NCBI GenBank assembly: GCA_044347345.1
Contig: JBIKUX010000011.1
Span: 1 to 64,000, forward strand
Direction: 5' to 3'
Length of the DNA: 64,000 nucleotides
From: Bdellovibrionota bacterium
GTDB lineage: Bacteria; Bdellovibrionota_C; UBA2361; JBIKUX01
In this document: positions 47,976 to 57,346 of the stretch, in pieces
Numbering within the stretch: the stretch's first letter is position 1
Layout of the letters: every line of letters begins with the position of its first letter
Position numbers and translations under genes: made by a program
Notes under the pieces: generated by a model
What the model saw: the letters and a program-made list of their open reading frames with translations, nothing else
Databases searched by the model: none
Told to the model about the DNA's origin: nothing

Positions 47976-49598
47976 ATGAGAAAGCCAATTTTTTTTAATT
48001 TAAAACAAAAGCTATTGGACTGGAGCCCAATTTTAATTTTATCTACCGTTTTATTATTACATGCTCCACTATATTCAAGTTTTTGGTTGGATGAAGCTAT
48101 CACAGCATGGTTGATTTTCTTACCTGAGAATGGGCTAGTTTTAGAATCATTAAGGTGGCAAGCTCAATCTCCATTATATTTTTATATACTCAGTAAGTGG
48201 GTAAGGCTCTTTGGAAATTCACCAAATGAGCTTGGACAGGAATACGAGTATGTTCTGCGTTTATTCTCGCTAGTCTGCTTTATCTTATCCCTATTGGTTG
48301 CAACTCTTCTAGTAAAGAGATTAGTAAATCATTTCAGCTCGAGCTTGAAAAAAAAATATAATAATCGGTTAGGTATTTTAACCTGCGTTATTTTAATCTC
48401 ATCTGAGGATTTACTAAGAGCAGCTTTTTCAGCTCGGCCATACAGCATAGCTTTTTTGTGTTCGCTTTTATCGACGTTATTTTTTTTAAAACTCATAAGC
48501 AATCCAAGGAAAGTAATTTTTTGTGCTTATGTAATTTCATTGCTTTTGACCTACTATTTTCATTATTTATTTATTGGAGTAGCAATTGTTCATTTAGTAA
48601 TTTTAATTTTGTGTTTGCGGTCAAATGATATTTGTTATCAAAATAGGGGTACAATAGTATCGTATGTTACTTCTAGCTGGAGTATCACTATTGTAGGTAT
48701 GATCCCCGGACTTGCTCACCAGCTTCAATGGTCAGTAATAGTTGATAAGGCTCTTGATTCAATTTATCTAAAGTCTATTGGTTATCGATTGTTAAATTTG
48801 ACCATAAGCCGTCAATTTTTTGTTTATATTCCTGTGACCTTAATACTTGTTGGTCTAATTCACATAAACAATTGGATGCCAAAGAAGTGGTGGTTAGAAT
48901 TAAAGAGTTTTGTTAAGCGAGATATATCTATTATAGCTATAATGTTTTTACTTGCGCCATTACTCCTGCTTTTAGGAGCTTCGCTTTTATTAGGTCATAG
49001 TTTACTTATCTCACGATATGCTCTTTGGGGCACTATTGGAGTAGCAATTTTCATGGTGTCGCTTATTCTGCCATTTTCCTATACATCTGCGCTTACAACT
49101 GCTATTTGGGTATGGAGTGGGTTTGCTTCTACTTTTGAGATGCAGCGCAAATGGCATATCGAAGATTGGCGAGATGCGGCGTCGTATGTAAAAGAATATG
49201 TTAGTAAAAATAATTTGAATCATCGCCAGGTATCAGTCTTTATTAATAGCGGACTCAGAGAGAGTAATTCAGTCTCTTATTTATCGGATAAGAATGCTTG
49301 GCCGTATCTATCAGTACCTTTTACAGTTTATCTACCTCAGGTAAATCTTATTCCAATTCCGACTAAATTAGTTGATGCAGATTCATCTAATAATGATGAA
49401 TTATTGGTTAAATCGTTATTGCCTCAACCACACGCACCTAGTGAAGCACACCATGTGTTTATCGCTTTTCCAAAGTCTTTTTCTCAATTAATTTATCAAA
49501 AAATTGATGTTATCAACAAACAAAAAGATATTGGCTCCTTTAAGATATGTGATAAGGCAAGTTTCGGATTGGTCAATTTATTGAGAGTGTGTACGTAG
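47976..49598 (+). CDS. GT-C (ArnT/PMT-like) membrane glycosyltransferase
   Basis: SFWLDEA, PLYF, LRLFS, ARPYS, RY, EDWR; multiple TM helices. Confidence 0.75.
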   Translation: MRKPIFFNLKQKLLDWSPILILSTVLLLHAPLYSSFWLDEAITAWLIFLPENGLVLESLRWQAQSPLYFYILSKWVRLFGNSPNELGQEYEYVLRLFSLVCFILSLLVATLLVKRLVNHFSSSLKKKYNNRLGILTCVILISSEDLLRAAFSARPYSIAFLCSLLSTLFFLKLISNPRKVIFCAYVISLLLTYYFHYLFIGVAIVHLVILILCLRSNDICYQNRGTIVSYVTSSWSITIVGMIPGLAHQLQWSVIVDKALDSIYLKSIGYRLLNLTISRQFFVYIPVTLILVGLIHINNWMPKKWWLELKSFVKRDISIIAIMFLLAPLLLLLGASLLLGHSLLISRYALWGTIGVAIFMVSLILPFSYTSALTTAIWVWSGFASTFEMQRKWHIEDWRDAASYVKEYVSKNNLNHRQVSVFINSGLRESNSVSYLSDKNAWPYLSVPFTVYLPQVNLIPIPTKLVDADSSNNDELLVKSLLPQPHAPSEAHHVFIAFPKSFSQLIYQKIDVINKQKDIGSFKICDKASFGLVNLLRVCT

Positions 49599-49602
49599 CT
49601 CT

Positions 49603-51789
49603 ATGAAAACTATCTTACGCATCGAAGGAATGACTTGTGGGCACTGCGTTTCAACCGTTGAGCAAATAATCAGAAAGGCTGGAATCAGTGATCCCATTGT
49701 TCTTTTAACAGAAGGAAGAGCGTATCTTCCCTTATGTGATGAAGCTCTCTTAGGTTCGATTGTTTTGTCTTTGACAAATTCTGGCTATCCAGCATTTTAT
49801 GAAAATCCTCAAAAAAACTCTCCTGCTATTGCATCCAGTGATAGAAATGATGATAAGAAGAACAAACCTTCTAAGCAAAAAAGTGATTATTTTAGAGGAA
49901 TGTCCCTATCACTTGTTATTTGTTTAGCTCTTACAATTCCTCAAATAATCGGTCATTTTATTCATTCTCTTTGGGGAGTTCACTTTAAAGTAATTTTACA
50001 TCCATTGTTTCAATTAGTTTGTGCTACATATATTTTAGCATTAGGAATTTATCATCTCGGAGAAAAAGCAAGAAAATTACTTCGCCAACTTTCGGTTTCC
50101 ATGGAGTCAGCGGTTTTATTGGGAGCGACACTTGCATACTTGTTTAGCTTATATAGCTTGTTTTTTTTAGGCGAAACATCTTATCTCTACTTTGAAACTA
50201 CCTCTTCAATCATAACGTTTGTATTACTTGGCGCTTACTTAGAGCAACGAGCCATTACTAGAACCCAATATCTTGTATCTTCTACTCTTACTGAATTACC
50301 TGAGACAGTTTTAATTGAACGAGAGGATAAAACTACTGAGTTGGTAGCCGTTAATACAGTACAGTTAGGCGAGATAATGGTGATATCTGAGGGAGAAGTC
50401 GTACCATGTGATGGTATTATTTCATGGGGCACTTCCTTAGTTGATGAATCTATTGTTACAGGCGAATCTAAGCCAGTATTACGACAAACCGGAGATACCA
50501 TTCTTGCCGGTAGTCGCATTTCTTCCGGTAGTTTAAAGAGTACTATCTCTGCAGGTGGGGATACAACATTTATTGCTTCAGTGTATGACTTGGTTAGATC
50601 TGCTCAAACTAAGAAGCCTAAGTTGCAGAGAGTCGGGGATTCCGTAGCCAGTTATTTTATGCCTTTAGTGCTTTTTATAGCTTTAGTAACTTTTGTTGGT
50701 ATCTATTTAGCTGGGTTTGGATTTGAGTCAGCGCTAATTAGGACTATCTCTATCTTAGTTATCGCGTGTCCATGTGCTGTAGGCCTAGCTGCGCCTACAG
50801 CGATTATGGTTGCTGTAGGCGCAGCTGTGCGAGATGGGATTATATTTAAGGGGGGCGATACTATCGAAAAACTTGCTAATGCACATGATGTACTTTTCGA
50901 TAAAACTGGAACATTGACAACTGGGTGTTTCTCTTCGGTAGTTGTTAGCACTAACGGATCCATATCAGAAGATTCTTTGCTTTGCATGGTAGCTGGGGCA
51001 GAAAAGTTCTCCAAACATCCGATAGCTCGCTCTCTGGTGAAAGTAGTTTCAGTTCCTAATGATTCATGGATTAAATCTATAGTAGAGGAAAAGGGATTAG
51101 GGTTAGTTATTAATGGTGTGGATGGAGATATTTATCGTATTGGATCGTATCAACTGGTTAAACCCATTACTCAGGATCAATCTCACTTGTTATATATAGC
51201 AAAAGGTCAGGATTTACTCGGTACTATTGATATGGTTGATGCCGTCCGCCCAGAAAGTCGAGAAGTGATAAGTGAGCTTAAACATCTTGGAATTAACCCA
51301 TATATGGTTACTGGCGACAGTGCAGAGCGTGCTAATAAAATAGCAAAAGAGATCGGTATTGATAATGTATTCGCTTCATTTAGGCCTGAAGAAAAGTTGA
51401 CATTTGTGAAAGAAAGACAGCAGAAGGGTGGAGTAATTTTTGTTGGGGATGGAATAAATGATTCACCAGCGCTAGCAGCTGCAGACATTGGGGTATCTTT
51501 CGGTGAAGCAAATCGTTTGGCGATTGATACAGCTACAGTTATCTTGTTGCCAAACCATCTAAGCCTTCTGCCAAAAGCGATTGAGTTGTGTAGGCGTACA
51601 GTACGAACAATTAAACAGAACTATTTTTGGGCAATAGGCTATAATATTGTCGCGATTCCATTGGCTATTGCGGGAGTGTTATCTCCAACAGTGGCGGCTT
51701 TAATTATGGCATTTTCGGATGTGTTAGTTGTTGGTAATTCTCTTAGACTTTGGAGAAGTGAATCTGTGTCAAAAACAAATTTAGCCTAA
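49603..51789 (+). CDS. copA: P1B-type heavy-metal ATPase, Cu(I)-type
   Basis: HMA GMTCGHC, TGES, CPC, DKTGT, HP, GDGIND, YN and M..S TM motifs. Confidence 0.9.
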   Translation: MKTILRIEGMTCGHCVSTVEQIIRKAGISDPIVLLTEGRAYLPLCDEALLGSIVLSLTNSGYPAFYENPQKNSPAIASSDRNDDKKNKPSKQKSDYFRGMSLSLVICLALTIPQIIGHFIHSLWGVHFKVILHPLFQLVCATYILALGIYHLGEKARKLLRQLSVSMESAVLLGATLAYLFSLYSLFFLGETSYLYFETTSSIITFVLLGAYLEQRAITRTQYLVSSTLTELPETVLIEREDKTTELVAVNTVQLGEIMVISEGEVVPCDGIISWGTSLVDESIVTGESKPVLRQTGDTILAGSRISSGSLKSTISAGGDTTFIASVYDLVRSAQTKKPKLQRVGDSVASYFMPLVLFIALVTFVGIYLAGFGFESALIRTISILVIACPCAVGLAAPTAIMVAVGAAVRDGIIFKGGDTIEKLANAHDVLFDKTGTLTTGCFSSVVVSTNGSISEDSLLCMVAGAEKFSKHPIARSLVKVVSVPNDSWIKSIVEEKGLGLVINGVDGDIYRIGSYQLVKPITQDQSHLLYIAKGQDLLGTIDMVDAVRPESREVISELKHLGINPYMVTGDSAERANKIAKEIGIDNVFASFRPEEKLTFVKERQQKGGVIFVGDGINDSPALAAADIGVSFGEANRLAIDTATVILLPNHLSLLPKAIELCRRTVRTIKQNYFWAIGYNIVAIPLAIAGVLSPTVAALIMAFSDVLVVGNSLRLWRSESVSKTNLA

Positions 51790-51809
51790 AGGCTTTAGGC
51801 TAAATTTGT
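51775..51809. terminator. Perfect hairpin between convergent genes; probable bidirectional terminator
   Basis: acaaatttagcctaaa-ggc-tttaggctaaatttgt (16 bp arms) spanning the copA stop codon. Confidence 0.7.
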
Positions 51810-51830
51810 AAGTCAGCAGACAACGTTTTT

Positions 51831-52145
51831 CTAGGCACTTCTAACGATTCTGAGAACTGCTAATAGGATGAGAGAGCCTAAAAGGCCAGCAAAAAGTTGG
51901 TATATCTCAGGTTGATTCTTGAAGGGGATATTAAGACCCGCGCTGCTTAATTGGGTCAGTAAGAATAAGCCCATGATAGCTCCTACAATACCAAGCAAGC
52001 TTGTTCCAAATACTCCAAGTGGGTCTTTGCCCGGAAATAATATTCTAGCTACTAAACCTACAGCAAAGCCTGTTGCTATGGTAATACCTAAAGAGTAGTA
52101 GTCTTGCTTGAGCAAAAGTTGAAGGTAGTATTGAAAATAATCCAT
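51831..52145 (-). CDS. GlsB/YeaQ/YmgE family membrane protein
   Basis: G.VARILFPGKD..G...T.LLGIVGA..G, GSLILL. Confidence 0.85.
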   Translation of the reverse strand: MDYFQYYLQLLLKQDYYSLGITIATGFAVGLVARILFPGKDPLGVFGTSLLGIVGAIMGLFLLTQLSSAGLNIPFKNQPEIYQLFAGLLGSLILLAVLRIVRSA

Positions 52146-52255
52146 AACTATTGTTTGTAAACTTTGGTCGATTAACTATGTAAAAATTGATTATACCTTA
52201 TGTATATTTTACCTTTAGTGACAATTAGAATTTTGTTTAGCATATAAGGTATCTG

Positions 52256-53242
52256 ATGAGTAGCCATAGAGATTATGGAATAAGTGTAATTCAAGACATA
52301 GCCGCTTCACTTAAAGAGGTAGCAACTCGTATTCCTGAATCTTTTGACCAGATTGTTAACATTATTATTAATCGTCCTAAACACTCTCGAATCCTATTTT
52401 GTGGCGTCGGAAAGGCTGGCTTTGTTGGGATGAAATTAGCGGCAACGTTTTCGAGTGTTGGACTCTCCTCGTTTTTCTTGCATCCCTCAGAAGTTTCTCA
52501 TGGAGACTTAGGATGTGTACAAAATGAAGACATTATAATTATTTTATCTAATTCAGGAGAAACTGAAGAGGTAGTACGTTTAGTTCAGCCTTTTCGTGAA
52601 TTAGGTGCATTAACGATAGCAATCACCGCAAATACCGATTCAACCCTTGCTGGTTTCACCGATTACGTTATTTCATACGGCAGTGTAAAAGAAGCTGGAC
52701 ATAACAACCTTGCTCCAACTTCAAGCGTTACGGTGATGATTGCTATTGGTGATGCAATAGCAATGTCGGCCGCTCGTGCACTTAAATTTTCTCAATTTGA
52801 CTTCGGAAAATATCATCCTGGTGGTAGTTTGGGGCGGGCATTATTGCCTATTCGTAAAGTGATGCGCACAGGTGAATATCTCTGTATTGTTTCATGTGAG
52901 GTACTAACTAGAGACGTAATTAAAACTTATGCTGAAACCCCTGGTCGACCTGGCGCTGCTATTATAGTTGATAATAGCGGTACAGTAATGGGAATATTTA
53001 CAGATGGAAATTTACGCAGACTTATTTGTAGTGATGAGAATAGAGATTTTCTAAATAGATCGATTAGCTCTTTTATGTCTAAAAGTCCTAAAACTATAAA
53101 TGTTAATTTATTGATTAGAGATGCTCTCGATATTCTTAGTATGTATCAAATCGACCAACTTATAGTGGCTGATGACTATAACCGCCCTGTAGGTCTTATA
53201 GATATTCAAGATGTAGCTCGAGTTTATCGCGGAATAGAATAA
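52256..53242 (+). CDS. kdsD: Arabinose-5-phosphate isomerase KpsF/GutQ family
   Basis: GVGKAG, HP.E..HGDLG, SNSGET, APTSS, HPGGSLG, followed by a CBS pair. Confidence 0.93.
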   Translation: MSSHRDYGISVIQDIAASLKEVATRIPESFDQIVNIIINRPKHSRILFCGVGKAGFVGMKLAATFSSVGLSSFFLHPSEVSHGDLGCVQNEDIIIILSNSGETEEVVRLVQPFRELGALTIAITANTDSTLAGFTDYVISYGSVKEAGHNNLAPTSSVTVMIAIGDAIAMSAARALKFSQFDFGKYHPGGSLGRALLPIRKVMRTGEYLCIVSCEVLTRDVIKTYAETPGRPGAAIIVDNSGTVMGIFTDGNLRRLICSDENRDFLNRSISSFMSKSPKTINVNLLIRDALDILSMYQIDQLIVADDYNRPVGLIDIQDVARVYRGIE

Positions 53243-53397
53243 TTATTCTATGACTAATTAGTCGATCAAAAAAACAATTAAACACTTGAAATAATCTCAT
53301 ATATTTTCTCGAGTAGGCGGGTACTCTACACGAGCAGGGTAGTTTTTTGTGCAATCTTTAAAGTTAATCAAAAATAATAAAAATTTGGCTTAGATTG

Positions 53398-53424
53398 TTA
53401 AGTGTTTTTTCTATCTGACGACTC
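53398..53424 (+). promoter_or_regulatory. Possible sigma28 (FliA) promoter of flagellin
   Basis: TTAA-N15-GACGACTC versus consensus TAAA-N15-GCCGATAA; imperfect match. Confidence 0.4.
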
Positions 53425-53532
53425 TACTTACACTAGGATAATTTTGCCTCCAATTGTGAGTAGTTTTCTTAGTTGGTAACAATAAGTTGTACGTTCCACG
53501 GATCGGCGCGTAGTAAGGTGAACTCACCATGG

Positions 53533-53550
53533 AGAAGTAAGGAAACTTCT
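53533..53550 (+). promoter_or_regulatory. CsrA/RsmA-type hairpin in the flagellin leader
   Basis: agaagt-AAGGAA-acttct (perfect 6 bp stem, GGA in loop), just upstream of the GGGAG Shine-Dalgarno. Confidence 0.55.
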
Positions 53551-53572
53551 TTGGTAGTTTTGGGAGTTTGTC

Positions 53573-54373
53573 ATGGCTGACAGTAGTGATTCAATAAAGC
53601 GTTCGTTAAATTTAAATACTTTGGAGTTAGTAAGGGTAAGTAGTAAGCTTGCTTCGGGCAAAAGGATTAATATGGCTTCTGATGATGCAGCAGGATTAGC
53701 AGTAGCAGAATCTCTGGCGGCAGAAGTCAAGATTTCTGCTAAGGCTAGCAGAAATATCGGAGATGCTCAGTCAGCTATTGCTATTGCTGATGGTGCTATG
53801 GGTCAACTATCAGATATTGGTAGTCGGTTAGCATCGCTTGCTACTCAATCAGCTAATGGAACTTTGAGTGACGAACAACGGAAGGCACTACAAGATGAGT
53901 TTGGTCAGTTAACTCAGGAGGCCTCTCGCATTGTTAGCACCACGTCTTTTAATGGTAAGCAACTGCTTAATAATGATGATGTAACTATTCAGGCAGGTAC
54001 TGACGGTAGCTCTGCTAGCCAACTAGTGCTGAGTGGAGTAAGAGGAACTGATTTAGCCAACTCTCTTTCCTCATTAAATATTAGCTCACAAGCTCAAGCA
54101 GCCAGTGCAATAGAGGGAATAAATTCCTTTATTTCAAATGTAGCTTCTCAGCGAGGCAGTTTAGGGTCTGTATCAAGTCGCTTATCTACCGCTGACAATA
54201 ATCTTTCCGTAAAGTCTGAAGCTCAGTCAGCAGCTAAATCTCGTATTGAAGATCTCGATGTCGCTGAAGGAGTAGCTATCCAAATAGCGGCTCAAGTAAG
54301 ACAAAAAAGTAGCTCTGCTCTTCTTGCTCAAGCAAATCAAAGTAAAGATACAGTGTTAAAGTTGCTAAGTTAA
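53573..54373 (+). CDS. fliC: Short flagellin (D0/D1 only)
   Basis: KLASGKRINMASDDAAGLA, IADGA, LATQSANGT, FNGKQLL, RGSLG..SRL, SRIEDLDVA, LAQAN..VLKLL. Confidence 0.95.
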   Translation: MADSSDSIKRSLNLNTLELVRVSSKLASGKRINMASDDAAGLAVAESLAAEVKISAKASRNIGDAQSAIAIADGAMGQLSDIGSRLASLATQSANGTLSDEQRKALQDEFGQLTQEASRIVSTTSFNGKQLLNNDDVTIQAGTDGSSASQLVLSGVRGTDLANSLSSLNISSQAQAASAIEGINSFISNVASQRGSLGSVSSRLSTADNNLSVKSEAQSAAKSRIEDLDVAEGVAIQIAAQVRQKSSSALLAQANQSKDTVLKLLS

Positions 54374-54397
54374 AAGTTAGATTTCAACCGCGTCCGG

Positions 54398-54437
54398 GCC
54401 CGACCCTCAAGCCGCATAGGGGGTCGGGCTTTTTTTT
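54398..54437 (+). terminator. Rho-independent terminator of flagellin
   Basis: gcccgaccc...gggtcgggc stem followed by T8. Confidence 0.88.
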
Positions 54438-54488
54438 GTTTTGTGACAAGTAATAAGAAATTATGAAATGAACAGCACCATATTTTTA

Positions 54489-54914
54489 CTAGGGGACGGT
54501 GCTTCTCATAATAGCTTTGATCCAAAGAGCCCATGCTAAAATAAGTAAAGTACCACCTATAGGAGTAATTGCTCCAAACCATTTAATATTGGTAATAGCG
54601 AGAATATACAGAGAGCCGGAGAAAATTACTATACCTGCTAACATTGTCAGCATTATTAACTTTGCATTTGTAGCACTCATTATTGATTGGTTAACGAGTA
54701 GTGGTAGTACTAAAAGAGCCAATCCATGAAATAGCTGATAGATAGTAGCTTTTTCATATATAGATACTCCGTAAGATGAGAGGATGTTTTTAAGCGCATG
54801 TGCACCAAAAGCTCCAAATATTACTACAAATATAAGTACAATTGGCCCAGCTAGTAAGAGTGCTTTCATTGAGTCCCTTTTTATTTTTGCAAAAATTCGC
54901 AACAAAATAATCAT
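54489..54914 (-). CDS. DUF423/YgdD family membrane protein (likely start at MKALLL)
   Basis: GAFGAHAL, YQLFH, FSGSLY, GAITPIGG. Confidence 0.92.
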   Translation of the reverse strand: MIILLRIFAKIKRDSMKALLLAGPIVLIFVVIFGAFGAHALKNILSSYGVSIYEKATIYQLFHGLALLVLPLLVNQSIMSATNAKLIMLTMLAGIVIFSGSLYILAITNIKWFGAITPIGGTLLILAWALWIKAIMRSTVP

Positions 54915-54995
54915 TAAAACGATTGCCTAATTTTTTACTTCATAGTGAATCATTTCCTGATGTAAGCAATGGCTGACAATGGTTGATGGGATATT

Positions 54996-55397
54996 TTGAT
55001 TTTTTTGCGCCTGATGAAAAATAAATGCGGACTATCAAAACAGTCAATAAGATTAAATTCCTGCTACGGTACTACGTTAATTGAAACACTTGTTTCTTTA
55101 ACTATCTTTAGTTTGGTAGCTGTAGGATTGGCCTCTTCATCTCGGACTATTCATAAGTCATTTCAAGAAAAAGCCGAGCATAAGACTCTGCGCATTCTTC
55201 GGCGCACATTTCTTAAAAATTGGTCTAGTGGTATTTCGGAAAAATTTTCGGTAGACAGTGACATATCTCCCGCTAATGCCAAAGTTTTCTCGCCTCTTGT
55301 TATCTCACCATTTTCTTTACCTGTAAGAAAGAGTCCATGTCGAATAACCGGTTCGTTGCGGGGAAGATTATTTATTCGGTGCGGAGCCAACAAATAA
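54996..55397 (+). CDS. Prepilin-like protein (PilV/GspI-like)
   Basis: Type III signal G|TTLIETLVSLTIF followed by a hydrophobic helix. Confidence 0.7.
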   Translation: MIFLRLMKNKCGLSKQSIRLNSCYGTTLIETLVSLTIFSLVAVGLASSSRTIHKSFQEKAEHKTLRILRRTFLKNWSSGISEKFSVDSDISPANAKVFSPLVISPFSLPVRKSPCRITGSLRGRLFIRCGANK

Positions 55398-55615
55398 TGA
55401 TTGCCATTACTGAAGCATTACTTTTTGCAGTCTTTATTATGTTAGCGGCAAGCAACATGATGATAACCTCTTTTGTGGCGATAAATAGAACCCCCACCAT
55501 AGGCTGTCCAGAGGTGACTATTTGTCAGGATGAAAGGCAAGGATTACTCGTATGTAATTGTAAGGTTAAAGCCAATCAAAAATCGCTAAAACGATTTATT
55601 TGGTATGGCCCATGA
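55397..55615 (+). CDS. Small pilin-like membrane protein with Cys-rich tail
   Basis: ATG overlaps the upstream stop (TAATG). MIAITEALLFAVFIML helix; four Cys. Confidence 0.5.
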   Translation: MIAITEALLFAVFIMLAASNMMITSFVAINRTPTIGCPEVTICQDERQGLLVCNCKVKANQKSLKRFIWYGP

Positions 55616-56541
55616 TTTCTATATCTACTATTCGTGATGATCGCGGATATTTGCTCCTTGAAATTCTTACCGCTATTACCTTAGCTGGTATAATTTTAAC
55701 GAGTGTATCACCTATTGTTAGGGCTGTGATATATAGCCGAAAAACGCTAGCTAAAAACGTAGAAGAAACATTTGCAGTATCAAGATTATTTACGGTGATA
55801 GCATCGGCATTTGATAGAGCTAGTAGCCATAGATTTGTAATCCCTCCTCGAATTCATCGAGCAGGACGGATAACTTATAGGAGTGAATACGGAAGTAAAG
55901 AAAAAATTCATCCAATAGTAGAGCATGCTAAATTTGCACCTTCAAGTAATAGTGATGCAGTAACTTTTCTTGGTAGTGTACTTTATGCTACAAGAATTGC
56001 TTCATTAGACACGATGGAGCCACGAGTTGAAGCTGATCGTGTAATTATTAAATTATATTCATGTCCTGAATATAAAAACAGCGAATCATACAGAAGATTC
56101 ATCCTTGTTACCTTACAGGGGCTTTTCGAGGCGATTCTTTTGGAGCCAGTTACTCTTTCTCCAAATGAGTGTGGTAACGGGATTTTTGTTTTGACTCAAA
56201 GTATATCTCTTAATCCACCTTTCCTTGAGAGTGAAAGTTTAAATAAAACATTAAGAATGTCTCGACTATTATTAGTTCCTATTGATTCACATTTGACTAT
56301 TTATCTCGATACTTCTGGACAAGTAAGACTCCTTAATCATTACGGTGACACTACGGTAGAGAATCAATCTATGCTCAATAATATTGAGATGATTAATTTT
56401 GATATCATTGGCAATGAATTAAAATTTAGTGTTAAACCAAAAGGAGGAAAATTACTATCACATAATTTACTGATGTTACTTCCTCAACGAGGGCATTTAA
56501 ATTTTCTTTTTTCGTTTCTCAGTGCTGTTAATGAAAAATAG
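55612..56541 (+). CDS. Prepilin-like protein (PilW/GspJ-like)
   Basis: ATGA coupling at 55612; RG|YLLLEILTAITL. Confidence 0.7.
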   Translation: MISISTIRDDRGYLLLEILTAITLAGIILTSVSPIVRAVIYSRKTLAKNVEETFAVSRLFTVIASAFDRASSHRFVIPPRIHRAGRITYRSEYGSKEKIHPIVEHAKFAPSSNSDAVTFLGSVLYATRIASLDTMEPRVEADRVIIKLYSCPEYKNSESYRRFILVTLQGLFEAILLEPVTLSPNECGNGIFVLTQSISLNPPFLESESLNKTLRMSRLLLVPIDSHLTIYLDTSGQVRLLNHYGDTTVENQSMLNNIEMINFDIIGNELKFSVKPKGGKLLSHNLLMLLPQRGHLNFLFSFLSAVNEK

Positions 56542-57346
56542 ACAAAAGACAGGATTTGTTATTCTTTTACTATTACCGCTCTTAGCGGTATTAATAAGTC
56601 CTATGCCAGCGATTTATGCCTATGAGGTGCTTTTTTTGCGAAGAGAGCTGTTGCGAGGCGATAGAAGACGTAAAGTAGAAGCTGATTCAATAATTAGATT
56701 TTTAAAAGAGCTGGAGAGTGATCCTCCAAAGCAAAAGTTCGATTGTAAACCTTTAAATAATTTCGTATCGAGGGGGATTTGTGTAGGTGGAGCAAGAGGT
56801 ATTAATAGTACTCCTCTCGGACTTGATTTAGATGGAGTTTTTGCTAACAGTATTTTGTGTCCAGTAGAAAGAACTTTAAGCTCTATCTGTACATTGCCAG
56901 TAATTACTCCTGATTTAAGTATTGGTGAGAGCTTGGTAATAAGTGAGCCATCTAAAATAGGAACTCCCGATAAGGCTGAGGTATTTAGATTAGCCGCTCG
57001 TGGCAGCATAACAACTCAATCTCGGTTTACTCTTAACGGAGCTGGTATAATAGCTGCGTTTGGAGACATTAAGATTACAAATCTTCAAGGAAGTGGTGCA
57101 GTCATGATATTGTCGCTTACTGGCAATATCATGGTAGAAAAAATTAGTAATTCAGTAGTTGTAGCTCCTTTTACACTTAAAGACCTTAGTTTACCAATTG
57201 GAGCGAATATAGCCATTATTTCATTATCTGAAATTCTTAAACGTGGTGGTATAGATAGCAATCATCCGTTTCATAAATTCAGTCCTCCGTTTTTTGTTCA
57301 CGGAATTACCCTCGATATCGAATCGGTTCAAGGAGCTTTTCGTTAA
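56531..57346 (+). CDS. Prepilin-like protein lacking Glu5 (PilX/GspK-like)
   Basis: MKNRQKTG|FVILLLL; last gene of the pilin-like cluster. Confidence 0.6.
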   Translation: MKNRQKTGFVILLLLPLLAVLISPMPAIYAYEVLFLRRELLRGDRRRKVEADSIIRFLKELESDPPKQKFDCKPLNNFVSRGICVGGARGINSTPLGLDLDGVFANSILCPVERTLSSICTLPVITPDLSIGESLVISEPSKIGTPDKAEVFRLAARGSITTQSRFTLNGAGIIAAFGDIKITNLQGSGAVMILSLTGNIMVEKISNSVVVAPFTLKDLSLPIGANIAIISLSEILKRGGIDSNHPFHKFSPPFFVHGITLDIESVQGAFR

